From Fibrobacteria bacterium (GTDB lineage Bacteria; Fibrobacterota; Fibrobacteria; UBA11236): DNA of 23,605 nt. Shown one piece after another: positions 1 to 10,405 of the stretch. The notes beneath the pieces were generated by a model. That model was given only the letters and a program-made list of their open reading frames with translations, had not been told where the DNA came from and did not search any database. Positions within the stretch are counted from its first letter, which is position 1; the number at the start of each line of letters is the position of its first letter. Position numbers and translations under genes: made by a program. The stretch covers positions 1 through 23,605 of the forward strand of contig JBJHDK010000015.1 of NCBI GenBank assembly GCA_050486505.1, given 5' to 3'.

Positions 1-651
1 CTCCCAATCCTCGGGCGTGGTGATCTTGCGGGAGAGGAAGCTGCCTTCGACCCATTCGACGGGAAGACCCGCGGCCTCCACGATGCTCGCTTCGTCGGTC
101 GGGACCGGACCTGCGGTGGAGACCTCGAGCTTCGCGTAGGCGGCGTCGAGCACCGCGCGCGGGAAGGCTTGGGGGGTTTGCACGCGCACGAGATGGTCGC
201 GGTCGAGGGTGCGCACCACGGCATGGCCCTTGACTTCCTTGACGGTGTCGGCCACGCCGACGGCGGTGATGACTGCATTTCCGCGTTCGAGGGCCGCGAT
301 GCAACGGCGCAGCACGCTCCACGGGGTGAAGGGGCGCGCGGCGTCGTGGATGATGACGGTGTCGATATCGGCGGGCAGGGATTCCACGCCGTTGCGGACG
401 GAGATCCAGCGTTCGGCGCCGCCCGCGACGAGGCGCAGCTTGGGGAGGCCGGCGGTGAGGGATTCCCAGTCCGCCACGCGGTCGGGCGGCAGCGTGATCG
501 TCACCGCCTCGACGCCCGGGAAGGCGTGGAAGGTTTCGAGCGCGCAGCGGAGCAGCGGCAGGCCGGGGCGGATCTCAAGGAACTGCTTGGGCACGGGCCC
601 GCCGAAGCGGGCGCCGGTGCCACCTGCGGTCAGGACGACTCCCAGTTTCAT
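1..651 (-). CDS. ispD: 2-C-methyl-D-erythritol 4-phosphate cytidylyltransferase (3' end runs off the window)
   Basis: Not in the ORF track. Manual translation from ATG 651: MKLGVVLTAGGTGARFGGPVPKQFL...GGAERWISVRNG...IIHDAARPF...RKITTPEDWE, which contains the IspD signature motifs. Confidence 0.95.
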   Translation of the reverse strand, partial: MKLGVVLTAGGTGARFGGPVPKQFLEIRPGLPLLRCALETFHAFPGVEAVTITLPPDRVADWESLTAGLPKLRLVAGGAERWISVRNGVESLPADIDTVIIHDAARPFTPWSVLRRCIAALERGNAVITAVGVADTVKEVKGHAVVRTLDRDHLVRVQTPQAFPRAVLDAAYAKLEVSTAGPVPTDEASIVEAAGLPVEWVEGSFLSRKITTPEDWE

Positions 652-708
652 CGGCGCGACCCGATCGATTCCGTGAATATCCTGCCGCCGTTCATCATCA
701 CGATCCAA

Positions 709-1992
<1,284 letters not shown>

Positions 1993-2061
1993 GGTGCCGT
2001 TCCGAAGCCTTGGGTGAAGGGTGGTTTGAGGGAGCAAATGTAGCGTTTTCGGGGCGACGAC

Positions 2062-2086
2062 GGGCGACCCGGCGGGTCGCCCGTGC
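2062..2086 (-). repeat. REP-like palindrome, copy 1 (GCAC-GGGCGACCC-GCC-GGGTCGCCC)
   Basis: Perfect 9-bp stem with a 4-nt foot. Matches the copies at 2865-2889 and 7082-7105. Confidence 0.7.
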
Positions 2087-2212
2087 GCTTGCAGGCAGGG
2101 GTTCCGACCAACCGCCCGGAAGAAAACGAAGCGGCCGGAGCGATCGCCCCGTTTCCTCTCCCGGCCCCGATGCAATCATTTCATGGCATTCCGTGTCTTT
2201 ATCTTTCCCCCC

Positions 2213-2860
2213 ATGAAACCCTTGCCGGGAACCTTCCCCCTCTACTTCGTGACCGACGGCGGTCTGACCGCCGGGCGGCCCATCCCCGTCGTGGTCGAAG
2301 CCGCCCTGCGCGGCGGCGCGCGGCTCATCCAGTATCGCGACAAAACCCTGCCGCCGGAGGCCTTCGAGGCGGAGGCGCGCGATGTCCTCGCCCTGTGCCG
2401 CGCCCACAATGCGACGCTCATCATCAACGACCATGTCGAAATCGCCGCGCGCATCGGCGCCGACGGCGTCCATCTCGGCCAGGACGACATGGATCCCGTC
2501 GCGGCGCGTCGCATCCTCGGTCCCGACGCGATCGTCGGGCTTTCGACCCACAATGAGGCGGAAGTCCTCGCGGCGCAGGATCTGCCTGTGAGCAATATCA
2601 ACATCGGGCCGATGTTCGCGACCAACACGAAGGAGCATTTGCATCATCTCGGAACGGACGAAGTGCTGCGCCTGTCCCGGCTGACACGTCATCCATGGAC
2701 GACGATGGGCGGCATCAAGCGGCGCCACCTGCCCGACCTTTTCCGCCAAGGCGTCCGCACGGTGTCGATGGTGACGGAGATCAGCCTCGCCGCCGATGTG
2801 GAAGCAAGAGTGAGGGAGTTGCTGACGGAGATTGAAACAAACCTGTCATTGTCATCGTAG
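2213..2860 (+). CDS. thiE: thiamine-phosphate synthase (215 aa)
   Basis: Motifs LYFVTD, IQYRDK, IINDH, GADGVHLGQDD, IVGLSTHN, GPMFATNTK. Start ATG 2213 preferred because a TATCTT -10-like hexamer lies at 2200-2205. Confidence 0.92.
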   Translation: MKPLPGTFPLYFVTDGGLTAGRPIPVVVEAALRGGARLIQYRDKTLPPEAFEAEARDVLALCRAHNATLIINDHVEIAARIGADGVHLGQDDMDPVAARRILGPDAIVGLSTHNEAEVLAAQDLPVSNINIGPMFATNTKEHLHHLGTDEVLRLSRLTRHPWTTMGGIKRRHLPDLFRQGVRTVSMVTEISLAADVEARVRELLTEIETNLSLSS

Positions 2861-2864
2861 TCAT

Positions 2865-2889
2865 GTAAGGGCGACTCGCCGAGTCGCCC
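2865..2889 (+). repeat. REP-like palindrome, copy 2 (GTAA-GGGCGACTC-GCC-GAGTCGCCC)
   Basis: Perfect 9-bp stem with a compensatory T-A pair relative to the other copies. Confidence 0.72.
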
Positions 2890-2902
2890 GAAGGAGACCC
2901 CC

Positions 2903-3574
2903 ATGTTCATCGGACACTATGCCCTCGGGTTCGCCGCGAAGAAGGTCGCCCCCGGCGTCTCGCTCGGAACCCTCTTCCTCGCCGCGCAGTTCACCGACCT
3001 GCTCTGGCCCACCATGCTCCTCCTCGGCTGGGAGCGCGTCGCCATCGACCCCGGCAACACCGTGGTCACCCCGCTGAACTTCATCAGCTATCCCGTCACC
3101 CACAGCCTCGTCGCCGTCGTGTTCTGGGCCTGCGCCTTCGCCATGCTCTACATGTTCATCCGCCGCTACGTGCGCGGCGCGGTCACCGTGGGCCTGCTCG
3201 TCGTCAGCCACTGGATCCTCGACCTCATCACCCACCGTCCCGACCTGCCCATCGTGCCCGGTGGTCTCACCGTCGGCTTCGGCCTCTGGAACTCCCTCGC
3301 GGGGACCCTGATCGTCGAATTCGGGCTCTTCGCCGTCTGCGTGTGGATCTATCTCCGCACCACCGCCGCGAAGAACCGCACGGGAATCTGGAGCCTCTGG
3401 GGACTGATCATCTTCCTGGCCGTCGTGCACCTTGTCAACATTTTCGGCCCGCCGCCCCCGAGCGTGAGCGCCATCGCGTGGGCCGGCCATGCCATGTGGC
3501 TGCTGGTGCTGTGGGGTTACTGGATCGACCGCAACCGGTCGGTGCGTACGGTGCGTGCCAAGGAGGACTCATGA
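2903..3574 (+). CDS. membrane-bound metal-dependent hydrolase (YdjM/DUF457-like), 223 aa
   Basis: MFIGH start, DLLW, THSL and SHWILD motifs, multiple hydrophobic helices, SD AAGGAG at 2891-2896. Confidence 0.8.
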   Translation: MFIGHYALGFAAKKVAPGVSLGTLFLAAQFTDLLWPTMLLLGWERVAIDPGNTVVTPLNFISYPVTHSLVAVVFWACAFAMLYMFIRRYVRGAVTVGLLVVSHWILDLITHRPDLPIVPGGLTVGFGLWNSLAGTLIVEFGLFAVCVWIYLRTTAAKNRTGIWSLWGLIIFLAVVHLVNIFGPPPPSVSAIAWAGHAMWLLVLWGYWIDRNRSVRTVRAKEDS

Positions 3575-3957
3575 GGGGAGGGGCATGGGGGGTGTTCTCC
3601 GCAGCCCTCCTCTGCGCCGGGGGGGGCTCCGTCGCGGATGTGTACGCGGATGTCTATGCGGATGACTACGAGGAAGACTGCGCCTGCACGCTCGAGTATC
3701 GCACCAACATCTGCGTGACGGTGGACGGGAGCGAAGTCCTTTCCGACACCCTCGACTTCCTCCGCGAACGGCAGGATGGATCCCGCGACTCTTTGGAGTA
3801 TCATCCGCGCTGCTTCGGGGAACTCGTGGGAACCCAGCGCATTCTCATGCTGCGTGGCGGCACGGTGATCGATTCATCTGCGTGGTTCACCACGCGCAGG
3901 GTTGATTGCTGCCACGGCGAAGCGAAGACGATCGAATTCGTGCGCGTCGTGCGATAG
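3571..3957 (+). CDS. small exported Cys-rich hypothetical protein (128 aa)
   Basis: SD AGGAGG at 3561-3566 and ATGA overlap with the upstream stop. Short hydrophobic N-terminus, with CACTLEYR and DCCH motifs. Confidence 0.72.
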   Translation: MRGGAWGVFSAALLCAGGGSVADVYADVYADDYEEDCACTLEYRTNICVTVDGSEVLSDTLDFLRERQDGSRDSLEYHPRCFGELVGTQRILMLRGGTVIDSSAWFTTRRVDCCHGEAKTIEFVRVVR

Positions 3958-3960
3958 CGC

Positions 3961-4345
3961 GGAAGCTTTTGAGTTGTGGGGGAGAGGGCGAACCGCGAAG
4001 GAGCTCCCTGCACAGACACCGTGCCTGCCAGGGTGGCTCCCCGCGGTCTTCCACCCATCCGGAGGAAGGACTGCGCCGGGCTACGGGCTTCGCGATGCTT
4101 CGTTGCCCTCCTCGCGATACCTGAAGTATCGCTGCGTCGGGCACCTCGCCTCGCTTGCCCTCGCTCCGGCTCGCCACGCTTCGAGCGAAGCGACGAGTCG
4201 AAGCCCGGTCAAACTCACCGGGGCCGGAGCTTCGGGCCGTTGTGCTCCGTTGCTCCTGACCGCGGGGTGGCTCCACTCGGGAGGACCACCAAACTTTTTG
4301 GGATCGCCGGGGGTCTCATGAGGAAGATCCGGTACGACCCGATGA
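3961..4345 (-). ncRNA. candidate large structured RNA or structured repeat element (family not recognised)
   Basis: Nested helices 4000-04/4270-74, 4006-10/4029-33, 4039-48/4258-67, 4075-4170 and 4226-30/4244-48. G-U pairs and purine-rich loops favour the minus strand. TATATT at 4350-4355 on the minus strand. Confidence 0.45.
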
Positions 4346-4461
4346 CTTCAATATACCCTCGCGACCCGGATTTTGGATCAGGGTCAGGCAAGGGTTAAAT
4401 CGTTGATTTTCGAGGATTTAGGTGGGTCCCGACCAAAACGTCGAGATTTGCCCGCCTGCTG

Positions 4462-5580
<1,119 letters not shown>

Positions 5581-5609
5581 GGCGGCACTCCTTGATGGTG
5601 ATGAGCGAT

Positions 5610-5638
5610 AATCTAACGTTTGGTGCTCACTTGTGCAA
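5610..5638 (-). promoter_or_regulatory. sigma70-type recA promoter TTGCAC-N17-TAGATT
   Basis: -35 at 5633-5638, -10 at 5610-5615, 17-nt spacer. Confidence 0.7.
5624..5637. promoter_or_regulatory. LexA (SOS) box, Fibrobacter type TGCNC-N4-GTGCA
   Basis: TGCTC-ACTT-GTGCA is an exact match to the motif reported for Fibrobacter succinogenes LexA, and it overlaps the recA -35. Confidence 0.8.
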
Positions 5639-5655
5639 TGCTTTTTTGGGAAGCT

Positions 5656-6927
5656 CTAAATTTTCTCTAATTCCTTCAAAATCAATAACCTGAGCAGGTT
5701 AAGGGCCGAAAATGCGCTTTTCCAGCGTACTGAATTCCGGTCGCCGCGGAACTGAAATCGTGCACAATCCTCGTTGCGCGCCGAGCTTACGGCAATGTAC
5801 ACGAGCCCGACAGGCTTGTCGGGGGTACCGCCTTCGGGACCGGCAATGCCGGTGACCGCGATCGCATAGTCGCTGCCGGCGCGCTCGCGACAACCCTGTG
5901 CCATGGCGCGCGCGGTCTCCTCCGAGACAGCCCCGTGCGTTTCCAGGGTTTCTTGCGAAACCCCGAGGAGTTCCCCCTTCGCGGCATTTGAATACGTCAG
6001 AAACCCCCGCTCAAATACGGCCGAGCTGCCCGGAGTTTCCGTCAGCAGAAATCCCACGGCGCCGGCGGTGCACGATTCGGCGGACGAGACGGTGGCATTG
6101 CGTTCACGCAGCAGGCGGAACACGGTTTCGGGGAGGGGGGATCCGTTGCGTTCGACCACGCACTCGGGGGGCAGCCGCGCGAGCAAGTCTTCCCAGGCCG
6201 CGTCGAGGCGCGCGGCCTGGGCGTCCGCCTCGGCTTCGGGCACGAAGGCTTCGAGCCCGAGGGTGACGCCGTTTTCGGAGGGCAGCGACGAGAAGTGGAA
6301 GGGAGGCGGGGGCGTGAAGCCGCGCAGCAAGTCGCGCTGGCGGCTTTCGGGGAGGCCGAAGGTGAGCGCGCGCCGCCTCAGCAGGCGCGTGTCGCGGTGC
6401 ATGAGCAGGGGGAGGCAGTGCGCGTCGAAGAGCGCACGGAATTCCGCGGGCACTCCCGCGAAAGCGAACACCGTGCAATCATTCCGCGTGAAGCGCAGGC
6501 CGCAGGCGGTGCCGAGCGGGTTGTGCAGCGGGATCACGCCGCGCGGCACCAAGGTCTGCAGGCCCTGTCCTTCGGGGATGTCGGTGGCCGCGATGCCGAG
6601 GAACTCCGCAAGCCATTCTTTCGCCTGCGCGTTGACTTCGAGGGGTGTCTCCAGGTATTCGGCGAGACCGTCGCGCGTGAGGTCGTCGTGCGTGGGGCCG
6701 AGGCCGCCGCTCATGATGAGCATGTCGCAGCGCGGCAGCACGGCCGATTCTCCGTCGAGGTTTTCGCGCAAGAGGGCGACGAGAGGCGCCACGCCGTCGG
6801 GAATGGTGAGGGAGAAGGCGACGGAGTGCCCGAGATCGGCGAGCCACAGGGCGGCGTCGCGGGTGTTGGTGTTGAGGATTTTTCCGGCGAGCAATTCGTC
6901 GCCGATGTGGACGAGTCCGATGCGCAT
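5656..6927 (-). CDS. cinA: CinA-family protein (MoCF-like domain plus NMN deamidase PncC domain), 423 aa
   Basis: Motifs IGDELLAG..NTN, SGGLGPTHDDLT, AESCTAG, PGSS, YSN, HGAVS, TGIAGP.GG..KPVGLV. Lies upstream of recA. Start ATG 6927. Confidence 0.93.
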   Translation of the reverse strand: MRIGLVHIGDELLAGKILNTNTRDAALWLADLGHSVAFSLTIPDGVAPLVALLRENLDGESAVLPRCDMLIMSGGLGPTHDDLTRDGLAEYLETPLEVNAQAKEWLAEFLGIAATDIPEGQGLQTLVPRGVIPLHNPLGTACGLRFTRNDCTVFAFAGVPAEFRALFDAHCLPLLMHRDTRLLRRRALTFGLPESRQRDLLRGFTPPPPFHFSSLPSENGVTLGLEAFVPEAEADAQAARLDAAWEDLLARLPPECVVERNGSPLPETVFRLLRERNATVSSAESCTAGAVGFLLTETPGSSAVFERGFLTYSNAAKGELLGVSQETLETHGAVSEETARAMAQGCRERAGSDYAIAVTGIAGPEGGTPDKPVGLVYIAVSSARNEDCARFQFRGDRNSVRWKSAFSALNLLRLLILKELEKI

Positions 6928-6977
6928 GGTGCAAAGATAGGGAACGATGGGGGTTGTATCTTTGGCCGCGATGGGAT

Positions 6978-7052
6978 TCTTCGGAGGCGACTCGTTGGGT
7001 GGTTGGGGGGCTCTTCGGGGGCAACTCTTCGGATGGTTTGGGGGCTCTTCGG
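6978..7052 (+). repeat. imperfect 34-nt G-rich tandem repeat (2 units plus start of a third)
   Basis: 6978-7011 vs 7012-7045 match at 28/34. TCTTCGG recurs at 6978, 7012, 7026 and 7046. Confidence 0.65.
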
Positions 7053-7081
7053 ACGACGTTGCAGGGACGCGCGAACTGCGC

Positions 7082-7105
7082 GGGCGACCCATGGGTCGCC
7101 CCTAC
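7082..7105 (-). repeat. REP-like palindrome, copy 3 (GTAG-GGGCGACCC-AT-GGGTCGCCC)
   Basis: Canonical GTAG foot followed by a GC-rich hairpin. Confidence 0.78.
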
Positions 7106-7123
7106 GGGATTTCTGGTGCATCC

Positions 7124-8071
7124 ATGCAACGTCTTCTCGCGCCGGCCATCATCCTCGCGCTTCTGGTTTCCTCGCCGTCTCCCTGCCACTCCCGTCCCCT
7201 CTCTGGTATTCCCGAACTCGACAGCCAGCCGGTCAACGACTGGGGAGGTCCCGACCGCCCGTTGTCGATGCCCGTCGCTCTCGGGCTGGCTGCGGCGTTT
7301 CCCGGAGGAGGGCAGTTTTACGGGGGGCACCCCGTGCGTGGCTCCGTCCTGTTGGGGCTGGAGGCGGCCCTTTTCAGCACGTCGCTCTACACCTATGCAG
7401 TCGATCTGCCGCGCCGCGACCGGGACACCCGCCGCTTCGCCGATTCCGCGGATGCCGCCGCGCGTCGCCTGGCGGAGGATCCTTCGGGCGGGGGAGAGGG
7501 TGATCTGCGATTCTGGACACGCGAGGCGCGGCGCAGCGCCGCGCTGAGGCTTCAGTATGCCGACCTTGCGAACTCCCAGCTGGCTTGGGCGATCGGGTTG
7601 CACGCCTACGGCATGCTCGACGCGGTCGAGATCGTGCGGCGCAGTCACCAGCCCGAGCCGCAGGAACGTTCCGTCGGCAGGGCTTTTCTTTACGGCACGC
7701 TGTTTCCCGGGGGCGGCCAGCTTTACAATGAGCGTTACGGCAAGTTCGGTATGCTCTGGATGACGCTCGGGGCCGCCACGGTTTCGGCGTGGTCGCGTCA
7801 AAACGTGGTCCAATCCCTGAATGAAAATCTCGCCGTCGCCCGGGCCGAAGAAAGGGCGGGGATTCCATCCAATGTCAGGGATCTTGAAACGGACAGGACA
7901 ACCTACCGCCGTTTGCGCAACCAGTACTACTGGGGGATGGCGCTGTTTTACGTCTATGCCGTCATGGATGGCATGGTCGATGCGGCCCTGTCCGATTTCG
8001 ACCAGCCGAGCCGCTATGCCATCGGTCCGGGCCACGAGCCCTTCTCCATCGTGGCTTCGGTGTCGTTCTGA
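7124..8071 (+). CDS. exported/membrane protein with two DUF5683-like repeats (315 aa)
   Basis: Signal-like MQRLLAPAIILALLVS. Repeats FPGGGQFY...AYGMLDAV and FPGGGQLYNERYGK...VYAVMDGMVDA. C-terminal Phe. Start moved to ATG 7124 because the upstream part of the ORF is repeat DNA. Confidence 0.75.
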   Translation: MQRLLAPAIILALLVSSPSPCHSRPLSGIPELDSQPVNDWGGPDRPLSMPVALGLAAAFPGGGQFYGGHPVRGSVLLGLEAALFSTSLYTYAVDLPRRDRDTRRFADSADAAARRLAEDPSGGGEGDLRFWTREARRSAALRLQYADLANSQLAWAIGLHAYGMLDAVEIVRRSHQPEPQERSVGRAFLYGTLFPGGGQLYNERYGKFGMLWMTLGAATVSAWSRQNVVQSLNENLAVARAEERAGIPSNVRDLETDRTTYRRLRNQYYWGMALFYVYAVMDGMVDAALSDFDQPSRYAIGPGHEPFSIVASVSF

Positions 8072-8093
8072 TGCGGTTTCGTGCTCTGCGGGA

Positions 8094-8121
8094 TTGAATT
8101 CCGCGCGTGCAAGACTATCTT
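8094..8121 (+). promoter_or_regulatory. putative tRNA promoter TTGAAT-N16-TATCTT
   Basis: Hexamers at 8094-8099 and 8116-8121, ending 13 nt before the tRNA. Confidence 0.55.
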
Positions 8122-8134
8122 TACCCGCCTCAGT

Positions 8135-8210
<76 letters not shown>

Positions 8211-8222
8211 CTTTCAGACAAC

Positions 8223-8256
8223 AAAAAGGCCGGATTCAATCGAATCCGGCCTTTTT
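8223..8256. terminator. bidirectional intrinsic terminator
   Basis: AAAAA-GGCCGGATTC-AATC-GAATCCGGCC-TTTTT between the convergent tRNA and M23 genes. Confidence 0.9.
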
Positions 8257-8348
8257 CATTCTTGTCTTAATGCGTTGTTCGTTGTGCTTGTGCCGTCGGT
8301 CGGTTGCCGTGACGGAGGTGCATCCGGACGCTTTTCGGTTCAACCTCG

Positions 8349-9320
8349 CTAATCCACCACCAGCCCGACCGGAAGGATGTACTGCTCCGGGTTGATGTGA
8401 CGCCGGTCGCGCAGCACTTCGTAGTGAACGTGCACGCCCGTGACCAATCCCGTGCTGCCCATGTATCCCACCACGTCGAAACGCCGGACAACCTCGCCCC
8501 GGCGGACAAGGCTGCGTTGGAGGTGCGCGTAACGGGTCTGGTATCCGTTGCCATGATCGATGATGACGAGATTCCCGTAACCGCGCTCGTGGCGGGAGAC
8601 GGTCACGACCCCGTTCGCGGTGGCGTGGATCGGTGTCCAGCGGCTGCCGCCGATATCGAGGCCACGGTGCATGGCGTAACGCCGCGTCACGGGATGGATG
8701 CGATACCCGAAGCGGCTCGTCCAGTTGCCCGGCGCCGGGGCGATCGACGGTGTGTGATCCCAGGTATGATGCCGGTAATCGATGAACTCCTCGATCTGGT
8801 GCAGGTTGCGCAGGGTGTAATCGATTTTCCCCCGGAGTTGCCTGCCCTTGAGCTCGGCGTAGAAAAGGTTCTCGTGAAGGCCGCGCGAGAGCGCGGTGTC
8901 CCCGGGCGCCGGGTGGCTGCGTCCTCCCACGCCGAAGCCCTCGCCGGCGGGCGTATAGCTGATGCCGTAGAGCGCGCGCATGCGCTGCTTTTGCTCGTAG
9001 GCTCCGGTGACGGTGCCCTCGATCGTTTGCAGGTCGGACTGGATCGCCCGTAACTCTCCGAGGTGAAGATGATGGCGCGACGCCGTGACGTGGTAGTGCG
9101 CCTGCTTCCACCCCCACTGTCCGATCTCCCACGCGAGAAACCCGAGACCGAGCAGCAGCAGAAACCCCGTGGCGGCCAGAACCCTGATCAGGGGCCGCGA
9201 GAGAGGGCGCGTGATGGAGCGGGATTTTCCGACCCATTCAAGTCGCAACAGGTATTCCTTTCCCGAAGTGAGCCGGAAAAGCTTGGCGAAGAGGGATTCG
9301 AGGGGGGTAACCTTGCGCAT
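8349..9320 (-). CDS. M23 family metallopeptidase (murein endopeptidase-like), 323 aa
   Basis: N-terminal TM segment, coiled coil, TSRFGYRIHP, HRGLD (HxxxD), GYGN, TRYAHL, GSTG..TGVHVHYEV (HxH). Confidence 0.93.
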   Translation of the reverse strand: MRKVTPLESLFAKLFRLTSGKEYLLRLEWVGKSRSITRPLSRPLIRVLAATGFLLLLGLGFLAWEIGQWGWKQAHYHVTASRHHLHLGELRAIQSDLQTIEGTVTGAYEQKQRMRALYGISYTPAGEGFGVGGRSHPAPGDTALSRGLHENLFYAELKGRQLRGKIDYTLRNLHQIEEFIDYRHHTWDHTPSIAPAPGNWTSRFGYRIHPVTRRYAMHRGLDIGGSRWTPIHATANGVVTVSRHERGYGNLVIIDHGNGYQTRYAHLQRSLVRRGEVVRRFDVVGYMGSTGLVTGVHVHYEVLRDRRHINPEQYILPVGLVVD

Positions 9321-9398
9321 TGGACGTTGTTTCGGGGACGCAGAATCTAACCCCGTCGCGCCGATGCGTTCAACGCCCGGTTCGGGGGAAGGGCGGGA

Positions 9399-10247
9399 TC
9401 AGCCTTTTTCCCTGGCGGTCCGGATGTTGTCGAGCACTTCGTAGGGAATGCGGAGGCTTCCCGGCGCGTAACTGTCGTCGTCCCTGCGCACGTGGAAATC
9501 CGCTCCGCCGGAGCAGAACAGGCCGTAGCGCTTGGCGATTTCCTTGTACTTGCGGAGCCCGGAAGAAGAGTGGCTGTGGCACCAAACCTCGATGCCCTGC
9601 AATCCGTCGTTGACCATGCTTTCGATCAAGGCGTCCTGGTTGGTTCTGCCGGGGTGGGCCAGCACGGGAACGCCTCCCGCCTCGCGGATCAGTTCAATCG
9701 CGTCGCGGGGCGTCAGCTTTTCGCTTTCAAGGCCGTCCATGAAAGGGTTGCCGTTGCCCAGGTAACGCGTGAAGGCCTCCTGAAAGCTCGGTACATATTC
9801 TTCCTCGACCATTGCGGCGGCAATATGCGCCCTGCCGATGCTGCCTCCGTGCGTTCTCGACGCCAGCTTTTCGTAGTTCAGCTCGATGCCCAGGGCGGAA
9901 AGCTTCTCGACGATGCTCCGGGCACGGGCACGGCGCTTCTCGCGCAGGGCCACGAGTGTCTGGTTCAGGCGAAGATGGGTCGGCTCGTACAGGTAACCGA
10001 GAATGTGGATGTCGTGCCCTTGCCAGCTGGAACTGATTTCGACTCCCGGGATGAACTCGATCCCGATCTCGGCCGCATGCTCGCGCCCCTCTTCCCAGGC
10101 ATCGATGTTGTCGTGGTCCGTGATGGACATGGCGGAAAGGCCCTGCTGCACGCAGTAGTCGATCAGATCCCGCACCGGCATCTGCCCGTCGGAGAGGGTG
10201 GAGTGCATGTGGAAGTCCACGTGTCCACCGTTCGCTGGGGCTGCCAT
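9399..10247 (-). CDS. PHP-domain phosphoesterase (TrpH/YciV-like), 282 aa
   Basis: Motifs DFHMHSTLSDG, ITDHD, GVEIS, IHILGY, GRAHIA, LAHP, GGADFH. SD AGGAGG. Confidence 0.92.
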   Translation of the reverse strand: MAAPANGGHVDFHMHSTLSDGQMPVRDLIDYCVQQGLSAMSITDHDNIDAWEEGREHAAEIGIEFIPGVEISSSWQGHDIHILGYLYEPTHLRLNQTLVALREKRRARARSIVEKLSALGIELNYEKLASRTHGGSIGRAHIAAAMVEEEYVPSFQEAFTRYLGNGNPFMDGLESEKLTPRDAIELIREAGGVPVLAHPGRTNQDALIESMVNDGLQGIEVWCHSHSSSGLRKYKEIAKRYGLFCSGGADFHVRRDDDSYAPGSLRIPYEVLDNIRTAREKG

Positions 10248-10405
10248 GCCGTTACCTCCTTCGATGGTCAGGGGTCCGCGATGCCCGATCGCGAAGCCAC
10301 ACTTCAGTATAACACGAAAGGTCTCCCCGAACCGCGAGTTTTTGGGATGAAAGCCCTGTCAGGGTGTAATTTTCCCGTTTCATTCCGAAAAACGAAGGAT
10401 CCCCC

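Noticed and set aside
2087..2212. TPP riboswitch upstream of thiE
   Set aside because: No CTGAGA or CCTGA..TAAT..GCG core, and the gene looks leaderless.
3981..4004. Glycine-riboswitch-like GGAGAG...GAAGGAGC
   Set aside because: Lacks the CCGAAG context and the downstream CTCAGG, and there is no same-strand gene downstream.
4322..4351. tRNA-Sec-like words GGAAGATC...GACTTCAA
   Set aside because: No complementary acceptor 3' strand, T-arm or CCA, and the spacing is wrong.
3887..4398. Short ORFs overlapping the structured intergenic region (3887..4276, 3902..4321, 3976..4398)
   Set aside because: R/S/P/A-rich, no SD, no motifs, and mutually overlapping. Better explained as non-coding.
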